A DNA stretch of 64,000 bases from contig OZ244981.1 in NCBI GenBank assembly GCA_965223085.1, positions 577,161 through 641,160 on the forward strand. Direction: 5' to 3'. Below, piece by piece: positions 10,181 to 20,213 of the stretch (position 1 is its first letter; each line of letters starts with the position of its first letter). Under the pieces are notes generated by a model. The model ran no database searches, had not been told where the DNA came from, and saw nothing but the letters and a program-made list of their open reading frames with translations. The stretch comes from Gammaproteobacteria bacterium (GTDB taxonomy: Bacteria > Pseudomonadota > Gammaproteobacteria > Ga0077536). The translations under genes and the position numbers were made by a program.

Positions 10181-11395
10181 ATGCCAAACGCAAGCTCTGA
10201 TAGCGCCGTCTACATAGTCGGCACCGCTGATACGAAGCGTGCCGAGCTAGAATTTCTGCGCGAGCGTATCGCGGCTAGCGGCGTGACAACCCGGATCGTC
10301 GATGTTGGCATTCTTAGCGACGGACGCGACGTCGATTTTGGGCCGACCGCGGTTGCCGCTCACCATGCTCGAGGCGCTGCGATCCTAGATACCGATGATC
10401 GCGGTGGAGCGATTGCGGCCATGGGCGAAGCGCTCATCGGGTTTCTCACTTCGAGGCCTGATCTCGCAGGTGTGATCGGGATCGGCGGCTCGGGCGGTAC
10501 GGCAGCTATTACACCCGCGATGCAGGCACTCCCCATCGGCACACCGAAAGTCATGGTTTCTACCGTGGCGTCGGGTGATGTCACCGCATACGTTGGCCCT
10601 ACCGACATTTGCATGATCTACTCGATTACAGATCTCGCCGGACTGAACCGAATTTCCACGACAGTGCTCAACAACGCGGCGGCCGCGATCTCAGGCATGG
10701 TCCGTGCGCCGCGTGCTGCCATGGTGTCGCTGCCGCCGGCGGTAGGACTTTCGATGTTCGGCGTTACCACACCGCTTGTCATGACCCTCACAGAGCGATT
10801 AAAACCCGCGTTTGAACCTTTGGTATTTCACGCTACCGGTATCGGCGGTAGGTCGATGGAACGTTTGGCGTTAGAACGCGAAGTGATCGCCCTACTCGAT
10901 ATGACGACCACGGAAATCGCAGATTATTTAGTCGGCGGTGTAATGAGCGCGGGTCCGAGTCGCCTCGATGCCGTAATCGAGACCAAGCTACCCTACATCG
11001 GGTCGTGCGGCGCCTTAGACATGGTTAATTTTGGGGCCCGAGAAACGGTGCCGGAAAAATTCAACGATCGTCAATTCTACATTCACAATCCCTTCGTGAC
11101 CTTAATGCGTACGACGCGCGACGAAAACCGGCAAATCGGGGAATGGATCGGCAACAAGCTCAATTGTTGCGAGGGTCCGGTGCGTTTTTTAATCCCGAGC
11201 AAGGGCGTATCTGCGATCGACATCGAAGATGGACCCTTTCGTGATCCCCAAGCGGATGCAGCCCTGTTCGAGGCGTTGCAATCAACCATCACCGAAACTG
11301 CGAAACGCCAACTCGTGTCTATCGACGCTCATATCAACGATACCGTGTTTGCTGACGCGGTTGAGTCTTTGTTTAAGGAAGTGGTTGCCGTCTAG
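10181..11395 (+). CDS. UPF0261 / Tm-1-like ATP-binding domain protein (COG5441)
   Basis: 404 aa, [22 protein letters not shown]...[16 protein letters not shown]... The size and motifs are typical of the Tm-1-like N-terminal family, which is normally found next to a PEP-hydrolase-like partner, as here. Confidence 0.75.
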   Translation: MPNASSDSAVYIVGTADTKRAELEFLRERIAASGVTTRIVDVGILSDGRDVDFGPTAVAAHHARGAAILDTDDRGGAIAAMGEALIGFLTSRPDLAGVIGIGGSGGTAAITPAMQALPIGTPKVMVSTVASGDVTAYVGPTDICMIYSITDLAGLNRISTTVLNNAAAAISGMVRAPRAAMVSLPPAVGLSMFGVTTPLVMTLTERLKPAFEPLVFHATGIGGRSMERLALEREVIALLDMTTTEIADYLVGGVMSAGPSRLDAVIETKLPYIGSCGALDMVNFGARETVPEKFNDRQFYIHNPFVTLMRTTRDENRQIGEWIGNKLNCCEGPVRFLIPSKGVSAIDIEDGPFRDPQADAALFEALQSTITETAKRQLVSIDAHINDTVFADAVESLFKEVVAV

Positions 11396-11406
11396 GAGAA
11401 CGCCAC

Positions 11407-12231
11407 ATGATTTCTCGTCAACAAGTCCTCAGCAAATTTAACACCATGATCGAACAAGGTATACCCATCATAGGTGGCGGTGCCGGCACAGGTTTATCGG
11501 CAAAATGCGAAGAAGCAGGGGGCATCGATCTGATTGTGATCTATAACTCCGGCCGCTATCGAATGGCTGGGCGCGGTTCACTCGCCGGTTTGCTGGCCTA
11601 CGGCAATGCGAACGAGATCGTCGTGGAGATGGCGCAGGAAGTCGTGCCCGTAGTCAAACACACTCCTGTGCTTGCCGGTGTTAACGGCACCGATCCGTTC
11701 ATTGATCACACGCGCTTCCTACAAAAGCTGCAAACTTTGGGTTTTGCGGGCGTGCAGAATTTTCCCACGGTCGGTTTAATCGACGGACAGTTTCGCCAAA
11801 ATCTGGAAGAGACAGGCATGGGGTATGCGCTCGAAGTTGACATGATCGGCGCGGCACACCGCCTCGATCTACTAACAACACCTTATGTCTTTGACGTCGA
11901 CGATGCCCGCGCTATGACGGCTGCCGGTGCAGATATCTTAGTCGCGCATATGGGTCTAACGACCGGCGGCGCGATCGGGGCTGATACGGCGCGTAGCTTG
12001 GATGATTGCGTTGGCAAAATCGACGCCATCGCGCAAGCGGCGAGAGCGGTACGCCCTGAGGTGATCATGCTGTGTCACGGCGGCCCTATTTCATCGCCCG
12101 AAGATGCGAAATTCATACTCCAGCACTGCCGCGAAATTAATGGCTTTTATGGTGCGAGCAGCATGGAACGTCTACCAACTGAAACAGCGATCACCGGGGT
12201 CACGCAAGCATTCAAAAACATTACCGTCTAG
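11407..12231 (+). CDS. phosphoenolpyruvate-hydrolase-like 'TIM-barrel signal transduction' protein (COG5564), partner of UPF0261
   Basis: 274 aa, ..[43 protein letters not shown].. Start is 12 nt after the Tm-1-like stop. The last 57 nt of the gene lie inside direct repeat 1. Confidence 0.75.
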   Translation: MISRQQVLSKFNTMIEQGIPIIGGGAGTGLSAKCEEAGGIDLIVIYNSGRYRMAGRGSLAGLLAYGNANEIVVEMAQEVVPVVKHTPVLAGVNGTDPFIDHTRFLQKLQTLGFAGVQNFPTVGLIDGQFRQNLEETGMGYALEVDMIGAAHRLDLLTTPYVFDVDDARAMTAAGADILVAHMGLTTGGAIGADTARSLDDCVGKIDAIAQAARAVRPEVIMLCHGGPISSPEDAKFILQHCREINGFYGASSMERLPTETAITGVTQAFKNITV

Positions 12232-12255
12232 GTCGGAGGTTCGTTCTAACCGAAC
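12175..12255. repeat. direct repeat 1 (about 81 bp), covering the 3' end plus 24 nt downstream of the PEP-hydrolase-like gene; left boundary of the island
   Basis: ccaactgaaacagCgatcaccggggtcAcgcaagcAttcaaaaacattaccgtctaggtcGgaggttcgttctaaccgaac matches 24786..24866 with 4 mismatches. It contains the stop codon and a small hairpin (gttcg-ttctaac-cgaac). Confidence 0.85.
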
Positions 12256-12416
12256 TAACCGTGGAATTCGTCGAATTTAATATACGAACAATCTTTTTAG
12301 GGGGTAACCCACTCGACTCCAACGATAGAGGTGGCCCCGGAAAATCGGACAGCGGTATAAGTGGAATCTGGGCCTGATATGAGCCATGTTATTGGCCTCC
12401 CTATCAGGAGGCAATC

Positions 12417-12719
12417 ATGCCGAGAAGACCCCGCCGAAATCACACGCCGGTATTCAAATCGAAAGTCGCGTTGGCAGCGATCCAGGGTGACAAAACGGTT
12501 GCTGAGCTCGCCCGGCAGTTCGACGTTCACCCGAACCAGATCACGCAATGGAAGAACCAGCTGCTCGAGCGAGCGGCCGATGCGTTCGACGGTAACGGCC
12601 CGAAGGAGCCGGCGGTGGACATCAAGGCGCTGCACGCCAAGGTCGGCGAACTTGCCTTGGAGAACGATTTTTTGGCAAGCGCGCTCAGCACGGCGGGCCT
12701 GCTGAGCGCAAAAAGATGA
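12417..12719 (+). CDS. IS3-family transposase OrfA (HTH)
   Basis: MPRRPRRNHTPVFKSKVALAAIQGDKTVAELARQFDVHPNQITQWKNQLLE.. is an IS3 OrfA. It ends at the AAAAAG frameshift window. Confidence 0.8.
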   Translation: MPRRPRRNHTPVFKSKVALAAIQGDKTVAELARQFDVHPNQITQWKNQLLERAADAFDGNGPKEPAVDIKALHAKVGELALENDFLASALSTAGLLSAKR

Positions 12720-13543
12720 TCGACCGGACTCACCCGTTGCCGATTACTCGCCAGGCGAAGGCGTTGAGGATGGCACGTTCTACGGTGTATGCCATGCCGC
12801 GACCAATCTCGGATCGCGACCTCGATCTGATGAAGCGCATCGATCGGTTGCATCTTCAGATGCCGTACGCCGGCTCTCGCATGCTGCGCGATCTATTGAA
12901 CCAGGACGGCATCAAGGTCGGTCGTAAGCACGTGGCGACGTTGATGAAGCGGATGGCCATCGAGGCGCTGTAGCGCAAGCCGAAAACCACGAAGAAGCAC
13001 CCGGAGCACCGCGTGTACCCGTACTTGTTGCGTCGCCAGGCAATTACTCGCCCGGGACGGGTCTACGCCATGGACATCACCTACATCCCAATGGCTCGCG
13101 GCTTCGGGTACCTGGCGGCCGTGCTGGACTGGTACTCGCGCAAGGTCCTGTCCTGGCGGGTCTCGCTCACCATGGACGTGCACTTCTGCCTCGAGGCTAT
13201 GGAGGAAGCCATTGCCCGCTACGGAGCACCTGAGATCGTCAACACCGATCAGGGTTCCCAGTTCACCTCACAGGCCTTCACCGGCCTGCTCAAGGAGCAG
13301 AACATCCAGATCAGCATGGACGGCAAAGGCGCCTGGCGTGACAATGTCTTTGTCGAGCGGCTGCGGCGATCCGTAAAGTACGAAGAGGTTTACCTGCATG
13401 CTTACGACACGGTCTCTGAGGCACGTGCCGGTATCGGCAGGTACTTTGATGTGTACAATCGAAGAAGGCCGCACTCCAGCTTGAAAAGAAAAACGCCGGA
13501 CCAAGTCTATTACTCATCGCAGCCGCTGACCCTGGCTGCTTAA
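12716..13543 (+). pseudogene. IS3-family transposase OrfB (DDE integrase core) interrupted by an in-frame amber codon at 12971-12973
   Basis: ORFs 12716..12973 and 13013..13543 are in the same frame, separated by a TAG (..MAIEAL*RKPKTTKKHPEHRVYPYLL..). The second part carries the DDE core (..VNTDQGSQFTS..). Confidence 0.7.
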
Positions 13544-13616
13544 ACGACAGGCTCGGAGCCACTTATAGAACCGGGTTTAGTTGTCCAAACAAATGGGACC
13601 ACCTCTGTTGCCGAGC

Positions 13617-14034
13617 AGCTGCGACTGAGAGGTAACGAGGACGTTGTAGCCGAGGCGCACGGCAGCATGGCCGATGGCCTGAGCGATGTGGCTTTTGCCG
13701 GTGCCGCAGGGCCCGGCGATGAGGACAGAGCGACGTTTTCCTCGATGAAGCGTCCGGTGATGAGTCCGTGGACCAGGGCTGAGTTGATGTTTGGATTGAA
13801 GCTGAAGTCGAACTGGTCGAGTGTTTTGTGCGATCGGAACGAAGCGCGCCGCAGTCGCGTAGCGACGCGTTTCTGGTCGCGCCGTGCGACCTCGTCGGCG
13901 ATAAGCAGAGCGAGGAACTCAGGGTAAGGCATTTTCTTGTCGATGGCCTGTTTGTTGCGGGATTCGAGGGAGTCGAGGATCCCGGACAGCCGCAGTTGTT
14001 TGAGCATGGGGGCGCGTTCTGGCATGGGGTTCAT
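13617..14034 (-). pseudogene. istB: IS21-family helper gene istB: frameshifted near 13735 and 3'-truncated by the IS3 insertion
   Basis: MLKQLRLSGILDSLESRNKQAI...LDQFDFSFNPNINSALVHGLITGRFIEEN, then the Walker A region (RSVLIAGPCGTGKSHIAQAIGHAAVRLGYNVLVTSQ) is readable only in a shifted frame. The ORF ends abruptly at the IS3 right end. Confidence 0.7.
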
Positions 14035-14048
14035 GGTGTATTCTCCTT

Positions 14049-15559
14049 TCAGTGTTTAAGTAAGTCACGGGTGTCTCGGCAGAAGCGTGCGTGGCCGGTA
14101 TAGGTGTCAGCCAGGGCATCAAAGGCCTGCGCTGCCGAGGGGTGTTGGTCGAGGTCTTTGTCGAGGATGGTCTTGACGGTGCGGTAGCGGGGATTGTCGT
14201 AGTCGAGCGCACGTTGGCAGGCGGCTTCGAGGCGCTCGGCGCCGTATTTTTTCTTTAATCCGACGACGCCTGGGGCGGCACGGAGATTATCCAGTAGGCG
14301 GTCGGCGAACAGTTTCTGGATGAGTTGATGACAGGCGGAGCCGATACGCTCGGCCTGAGCGAGGTACCATTGGGGGTCGCGCATTTTCCAGGCCAAGGCC
14401 TCAGGCGGCATATGGTCATCGGCGGTGGCGCGGGAGCCGGATCGTGTGAGGCGTGGGTGCACGGCGATCAGTTCATGGTCGCGGTAGATGCGCACCGTTA
14501 CCGCGGTGGCTTTCAGCCACAGGGATTGGCCGAGTAGCCGGAAGGGCACGGAGTAGCGGCATTTCTGGAACTGGACGTGGGCATCGCGATGGACTTTGAC
14601 CTTGGCCCAGACAGCGAGCTCGGGTGGCACGGCGGGTAAGGGCTGTAGCAGAGGCTGCTCGATGGCGAAGCGCACCAGCGGTTTCTCCCGGGTGGAACCA
14701 TGGAGTCGGTTGCCGGCCTCGCCCAAGACCCAGTCCTGTAGTTGCCGGTTGGCCTCACCCAGGTCACGGAAGTATCGCAGCGGCAGGAAGTTACGTTTGA
14801 CGTACTTGACGCCGGATTCGACCCGGCCTTTCTTTTGCGGGTCGCGCGGGGCGCAGGCGGTGATTTTGAAGCCGTACGCTTCAGCACATTCGGCATAGGC
14901 ACGCTGGACCTCGGGGTCGCGGATACAGGCGCGGGTGATGGCGCACTTGGCGTTGTCGATGATCACCCGACGCGTCCCGCCACCGAACCATTCGAAGGCG
15001 TGGCGGTGGCAGGCGAGCCAGGTGTCTACTTTCTGGTCGAGGACGATCTCGGCGTACTGATGGCGGCTCCAGCACAAAGTCATCAGGAAGAACCAGGTCT
15101 TGCGCGCCTCCCCGGTGATCGGGTCGACCAAAGTGGGGCCGGCGCCGAAGTCGACCTGTGCGGCCTCGCCCGGCGCGAAGTCCAGGTGCACTGTGGCCTT
15201 CGGTGCTTCGAGCGCCGGGGCACGCACAAACCGATTGACCGACGCATAGCTGCCGCGAAACTGGTGGAGTCGCACCAGCGCCTGATGGATGGTCTTACTC
15301 TGGATCCCCTGCTCGGCCCAGCCGGTGACCAGTTCGCGGAAAGGTTCCACACACGATACAGGACCGGGCCGTTCCGGGTGAGTCAGGGCCTTGGCCAGCA
15401 CCGCGTCATCCGGCATCGCTGTGTCCGGGTTCAGCCAGTCGCGGGCGCCAGCCGCCGGAGTTCCTGGGCCTTGCGCCGACCGATTAACCCGGCCCTGGCC
15501 AAATCTCGATCGGAATCCCCTTGGCGCATGCGCACCAGAACGTGACGAAATTCGAACAT
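14049..15559 (-). pseudogene. istA: IS21-family transposase istA with an N-terminal frameshift near 15440
   Basis: MFEFRHVLVRMRQGDSDRDLARAGLIGRRKAQELRRLA (ATG 15559, GGAGG RBS) is typical of an IS21/IS408-type IstA N-terminus, but it shifts frame before ..DWLNPDTAMPDDAVLAKAL... The remaining 455 aa contain the DDE domain (..HLDFAPGEAAQVDFG..). Confidence 0.7.
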
Positions 15560-15666
15560 CTCGAACCTCCTGTTTGCCATCGATACCCCTTCGACCAAAA
15601 GGTGCGAGGGTATCCGCGGTTACAGAAAGTCCGAACCTGAAATCAGCTCATCGGCTCCGTCGCCGT

Positions 15667-15727
15667 GGCGCCATTAACCTGTAATTACACTGGCTCCATT
15701 AACCTGCAACCCGATTGGCTCCATAGG
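15667..15727. repeat. IS21 terminal multiple direct repeats (predicted IstA binding sites) marking the IS21 end
   Basis: ggcgccattaacctg / ggctccattaacctg / ggctccatagg lie in tandem just outside the istA start. Multi-copy terminal repeats are characteristic of the IS21 family. Confidence 0.55.
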
Positions 15728-15874
15728 CGTGCAAATCGACATAGGGTCGACACTTGTGGTAAGTCTATTTGGTTCAGACAACATACACAATATACGATGG
15801 TATGCTAGACACTAGTCACACAATGCTTTCACATTGTCCTTCGGGATTAACCTACGCAGAAAAGCCCCCAGCTG

Positions 15875-16105
15875 GTGTTCCCCTCCTTATTAAAGAAAAC
15901 GCCAACAATCCCGACAACCCCTTATGTGTCCGGCATGACTGTTGAAACAGCTGTTGCGATCGCTGGCGGTTATTCCGAGCGGGCAAGCAAGCGTTCGTTC
16001 CGGCTATCGCGGCGCGTTAACGGCTTCGACGAGACGATAGAAGCCCCAGCTGACTATATGGTGCGGCGCGGCGACACAGTCGTCGCCCACGAGCGTTTCC
16101 TATAG
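15875..16105 (+). pseudogene. C-terminal fragment of a polysaccharide-export (Wza-like) periplasmic protein
   Basis: ..PYVSGMTVETAVAIAGGYSERASKRSFRLSRRVNGFDETIEAPADYMVRRGDTVVAHERFL resembles the C-terminal repeat of polysaccharide export proteins. There is no N-terminal part because the IS21 end lies upstream. Confidence 0.35.
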
Positions 16106-16145
16106 TCTGGCAAAACATTGCCCGTCCAACATCAGAGCGCGATCT

Positions 16146-17270
16146 GTGCCCTTCTCATTTCGCATTTTGCATTGCTTAAGAGCACCGGTCGGTGGATTGT
16201 TTCGCCATGTCCTGGACCTTGCAATGGAGCAAGCCAGCGCTGGTCATAACGTCGGCATCATGACAGATGCGATATCATCCGACGTATTAACACAGTCTAA
16301 ATTAAAGGCCATCGAGCCACACTTAACACTTGGACTTCATCTGGTTCCCATGAGCAGACGACCAGGTGTTGGCGATATTGCTGCAACACGTCAGCTCGTT
16401 CGGTTGGCGCGTATGAAAGATGCCAACATTGTCCATGGCCATGGTGCAAAGGGCGGCGCATATTCCCGTCTCGCTGCCTGGTTTCTGAAAGCACGCGGCC
16501 ATCCGCTAGCAAGTTTCTACACCCCACACGGCGGCTCGCTGCATTTTGACCCAAAGACAACAGAGGGACAAATCTATCTGAACCTCGAAAAGATTCTCGC
16601 GCGCTTCACAGACGGGCTCATTTTCGAAAGCAAATTTGCCCGCGACGTTTATGAAGACCACATTGGCTTCAGTGGGCGTTCGGTGAAACTCATCCCCAAT
16701 GGACTTCGCCCTGCCGACTTTGGCAGCCATGTCCCAGATCCGGACGCTGCAGACTTTCTGTTCGTCGGCGAGCTGCGCCAGCTCAAGGGCGTCGACGTCA
16801 TGTTGCGCGCTCTGGCCACGTTGCAATCAGAGACGCGCCCGGCAACCGCCTATTTTGTTGGTGGGGGGCCAGATCGACAAATGTTTGAGACCCTCGCACA
16901 AGATCTTAACCTCACTCAGGTGACGCATTTCCCAGGTCCCAAGCCGGCACTGGAAGCATTTCCAAAAGGCCACTGCTTGGTTGTGCCCTCACGCGCCGAG
17001 AGTTTTCCCTACATCGTTCTAGAGGCGGGTGCGCAGGCGATGCCTATTATTGCCACCGAGGTAGGCGGCATTCCCGAGATGGCACACGGTACACCACTCA
17101 AATTGATTGCACCCGACGACGTCCCCTGCCTTGGAACAGAAATGAAGCGGTTTCTCAACCAGCCAGGAGAATTTCGAGCTGCCGCGCAGGCGTTTAAAGC
17201 AAAGGTCGAAACGACCTATACAGTTTCTGAAATGACGCAAAACGTTCTCAATTTTTACGGGGACGCCTGA
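16146..17270 (+). CDS. GT4-family glycosyltransferase (exopolysaccharide-type)
   Basis: 374 aa with the C-terminal GT-B EX7E-like region (..VVPSRAESFPYIVLEAGAQAMPIIATEVGGIPE..). Confidence 0.8.
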   Translation: MPFSFRILHCLRAPVGGLFRHVLDLAMEQASAGHNVGIMTDAISSDVLTQSKLKAIEPHLTLGLHLVPMSRRPGVGDIAATRQLVRLARMKDANIVHGHGAKGGAYSRLAAWFLKARGHPLASFYTPHGGSLHFDPKTTEGQIYLNLEKILARFTDGLIFESKFARDVYEDHIGFSGRSVKLIPNGLRPADFGSHVPDPDAADFLFVGELRQLKGVDVMLRALATLQSETRPATAYFVGGGPDRQMFETLAQDLNLTQVTHFPGPKPALEAFPKGHCLVVPSRAESFPYIVLEAGAQAMPIIATEVGGIPEMAHGTPLKLIAPDDVPCLGTEMKRFLNQPGEFRAAAQAFKAKVETTYTVSEMTQNVLNFYGDA

Positions 17271-17282
17271 CCACCTGATCAA

Positions 17283-17470
17283 GAAGTCAGGGCATACCCA
17301 CAGGACAGCCCACACGGGTGCGGTCACGCTGATCCAGCGCTTTGGCAGTGCGCTGAACCTGAATATCCATTTCCACATGCTGTTCCTTGATGGGGTGTAC
17401 GTCGACCGCCCCGATGGGGCTGCCCGATTCCGCTGGGTCAAGGCGCCCACCACTGAGGAACTCACGCAAC
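17283..17470 (+). pseudogene. internal fragment of an IS91/ISCR-family (Y2, rolling-circle) transposase
   Basis: GHTHRTAHTGAVTLIQRFGSALNLNIHFHMLFLDGVYVDRPDGAARFRWVKAPTTEELTQL contains the conserved HFHMLFLDGVY block of IS91 transposases. Nothing IS91-like precedes or follows it. Confidence 0.5.
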
Positions 17471-18159
17471 TAAATCGTGTCCGAATGTCATTGCCTGCAT
17501 CGAAGACCCGGTGGTTCGATGGACTGCCGCACACGATTGTGACGGTACAAGGTCTTAGGTGCGCACCTGCGATCGGGCACTTCACCGCCGAGCGCCGTGT
17601 CGGTGATCAGATCACTGCGCTCTTTGATCGCATGCCGCCTGGGACGATTCTCGTCTTAACCTTGACGGTGCGCCCGCAAGATGTGACACGACAACACATC
17701 GCAGCCGTCAAACGCGCGACGGTGGGTGATGCCGCCGAAGCGACGCTCACCCGCGAGCAAGCGAGCGCCGTTGAGCGCGAGATGGCGGCCGGCAACAAAC
17801 TCTATCCGCTCAGTATCGCGTGTTATCTCCGCAGTCAAGACTTAGCGGAGCTACAAGCGCATGTGAATCAATTGCACGCACTTTTATTACCGAGTGGGTT
17901 GCAACCGATTGGGCGAGAGGCGGATCTGTTGATCCTCGGTCGTTACCTCCGGCATCTACCGATGAACGATGAGGTATTGCTCGAGTGGGTGGCTGGTCGC
18001 GGCTCGTCTTTCCACACCATACCGCGAACCTCTTACCGCTCTACGGGCGATCACGTGGGACCGGCCACCCTGGGATGGTGTTTTCAACCGCGGCGCGGAG
18101 CCTTTGATCTTCGATCCGTTGCATCCCGATGATCGCAAGAAAAACGCGCATCTCTTGGT

Positions 18160-19262
18160 CTTATTGAGACTAACAAAATAAATGAACTATGTATGATTTC
18201 GATGATCGGATCTTTCAGATTGTACACTGAAGAGACCGATGGCGAAATCGGAGAAACAGAAAGCGAAAGAGAAACGTCGTCTGCGAGCCGGCCGTTTATT
18301 GCTCAAGGGCGTGCTGCAAGTCGAGGTCGCTGAACGCATCGGGGTTGCCAAGTCGAGCGTCAGCGGCTGGGCCAAACGATTGTCGGAAGGCGGACTGGAT
18401 GCGCTGCGTAGCGATGCGATATTGGGGCGTCCATCGGGCATGGACGACGAGAGGAACTCGTTCGCGCCCTGAAGCAAGGGGCAATGGCGCACGGGTTTCC
18501 GACAGAGCTATGGACGTTACCGCGGGTGCGACGCCTGATCGAGTCAATGTTTGGCTTGCAGTATTCGGAGCCCCATGTGTGGCGGATCCTGCGCAGCCTG
18601 GGTTTCAGTCCGCAATGACCGAGCAAGCGGGCGCTGGAACGTGACGAGGATGCGATCCGAAATGGGAAGCAGAAACGATGGCCAGCGTTAAAAAAAACGC
18701 CGTAAAACAGGGGCGAACTATCGTTTTCGTGGATGAGTCCGGTTTGAGCGAGCGGCCGACGCGCACGAGGACATGGGCGCCGAAGGGCCCCACGCCGGTG
18801 CTGCAATATCACTTCAATTGGCATCAATTGTCGGTCATGGCGGGTATTACCTGGCGCCGATTTTACTTTCGTCTGTTTCCCGGCAGCGTCAAAGCGCCCG
18901 AGGTGATGAAATTTCTCAAAGCGCTGTACCGGCAAATGCGCCGCCCGTTGTTGAACATCTGGGATGGTCTGCCCGCCCACCGCTCATGCCTCGTGCGCGA
19001 ATACATCGAATCGAAGAACGGTGCGATTCAGTTGGAACGCTTGCCCGCTTACGCACCAGAGCTCAATCCGGTGGAATATATCTGGGCTTATGCGAAACAA
19101 CATGAAGTCGCCCATCTGTGTCCGGATGATTTCGCAGAGTTGACCGACGTTGCTCGAAGCCGCCTTCGTTCGATGCAACGCCAACCTGCCTTGGTTGAGG
19201 CATTTTGGAAACAGGCAGAACTCTCCTTATGATTGTTCATCATTTATGTAAGTCTCAATAAG
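18160..19262 (+). mobile_element. IS630-family element (about 1.1 kb) with terminal inverted repeats cttattgagac / gtctcaataag; the transposase is inactivated
   Basis: The transposase is spread over three frames: an HTH part (18239..18472, MAKSEKQKAKEKRRLRAGRLLLKGVLQVEVAERIGV..), a middle part with an in-frame TGA (..LGFSPQ*PSKRALERDE..), and the DDE_3 part (18678..19232, ..TIVFVDESGLSER..). An A8 run sits at the junction at 18688-18695. Confidence 0.7.
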
Positions 19263-19360
19263 GTGTGAAATGAGACGGCGTCAAGCCATTCCCTGTTACA
19301 GCTTACTCGCAAATTCCCCACCACGAGCAAGGTCGTTTGACGACCCGCATCATTGCATCG

Positions 19361-20054
19361 CTACGTCGGTTGGCGAGAGCACGCGACGCTTACAGCTCGC
19401 GCAACGACGATGGGAATGATTCGCGCGCGATACCAGGCCGAGGCATGCTTGTCAGTGGCAGGATCGATCAGGGCCGCGCTGCCCGCGAGTACTTCTCGGC
19501 AATGTTCCGGAGTAGGATCTTCACCCACTTCGGACGCGTCCATTTCAACCACAACGGGCTTGGTAGTCGCGCGACCAATCGCGACCCGAACAGACTCGTC
19601 ACTGTAGACCGCCGCCGCCGTGGCAATAGCCGGAGCGATCGCAAACGTCGACCTGGGCGTCCAGTGCGAGCAAGGTGAACGCCAGATCGCCGCGATAGAC
19701 GACGTTGCCGCCCACCGTGGCAAGGTTGCGCGAGGCTGGAGCACCCACCGACCTGGCCGCAACTCGCAGCGGCTCGAGTGCTGTGATCCGTTCAAATTCG
19801 GCGATCCGCAACATAGCCCCGATACGAACGCCGCCGTCATCGATACTTACCGCGTCGAGTCCGGCGCAAGCTAGATCGGCCACATCGGTGTGCGCTGAGG
19901 CGCCTTGGAACAGGGTCGGCGTCGTCACCGTCCCACCGCCGATTAATAGGACTCTCGGGGTCGGCTCGCTGGTAAGCGCCCAGGCTTCGGCGCTGCTGGT
20001 GGGAAAATGGTAGCTAATGCTCATCAACGGTGCTCGGTGTTCTCGCGGTAACAA
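19361..20054 (-). pseudogene. CoxM-like FAD-binding subunit of a xanthine-dehydrogenase-family enzyme, frameshifted; paralog of 49320..50117
   Basis: N-terminal frame: MSISYHFPTSSAEAWALTSEPTPRVLLIGGGTVTTPTLFQGASAHTDVADL... C-terminal frame: ..VRVAIGRATTKPVVVEMDASEVGEDPTPEHCREVLAGSAALIDPATDKHASAWYRARIIPIVVARAV. Both align to the intact CoxM at 49320 but sit in different frames. Confidence 0.7.
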
Positions 20055-20213
20055 TAATCCAAGACCCGGGGCGAGGTCTAATCAGCCACTATCAACTAAA
20101 TTTCTCCGCGCCGAGTACTTTGCGAACGATGTTGACCTCGAACTGCGGCGGCATCGGATCGACTAGCGCGCGATTCGGTCACCCCGCGGCGATCACCACT
20201 CCCCCCGTTAGGA

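Larger units (their letters stand above)
12327..13616 (+). mobile_element. IS3-family insertion sequence (about 1.29 kb) with imperfect terminal inverted repeats
   Basis: Left end agaggtggccccgg...tataagtgg and right end ccacttata...ggaccacctct are inverted copies. orfA/orfB sit between them with an intact A-AAA-AAG -1 slippery site. Confidence 0.75.

Noticed and set aside
12971-12973. Reassigned genetic code or pyrrolysine-type read-through to explain the in-frame TAGs
   Set aside because: Other nearby pseudogenes carry TGA/TAA and frameshifts, and genes such as the hydroxylase cluster end in ordinary stops. Pseudogenisation is far more likely. It is retained only as a low-interest item to check.
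17377-18132. Treating ORF 17377..18132 as one genuine 251-aa gene
   Set aside because: Its first part belongs to an IS91 transposase whose homology begins upstream of the ORF's ATG, at 17283, and ends mid-ORF. It is a chimera of fragments and not a single gene.
18688-18695. A8 run in the IS630 transposase as a programmed frameshift site producing an active transposase
   Set aside because: The gene has additional independent lesions (another frameshift near 18470 and an in-frame TGA), so a single slippage event cannot restore it.
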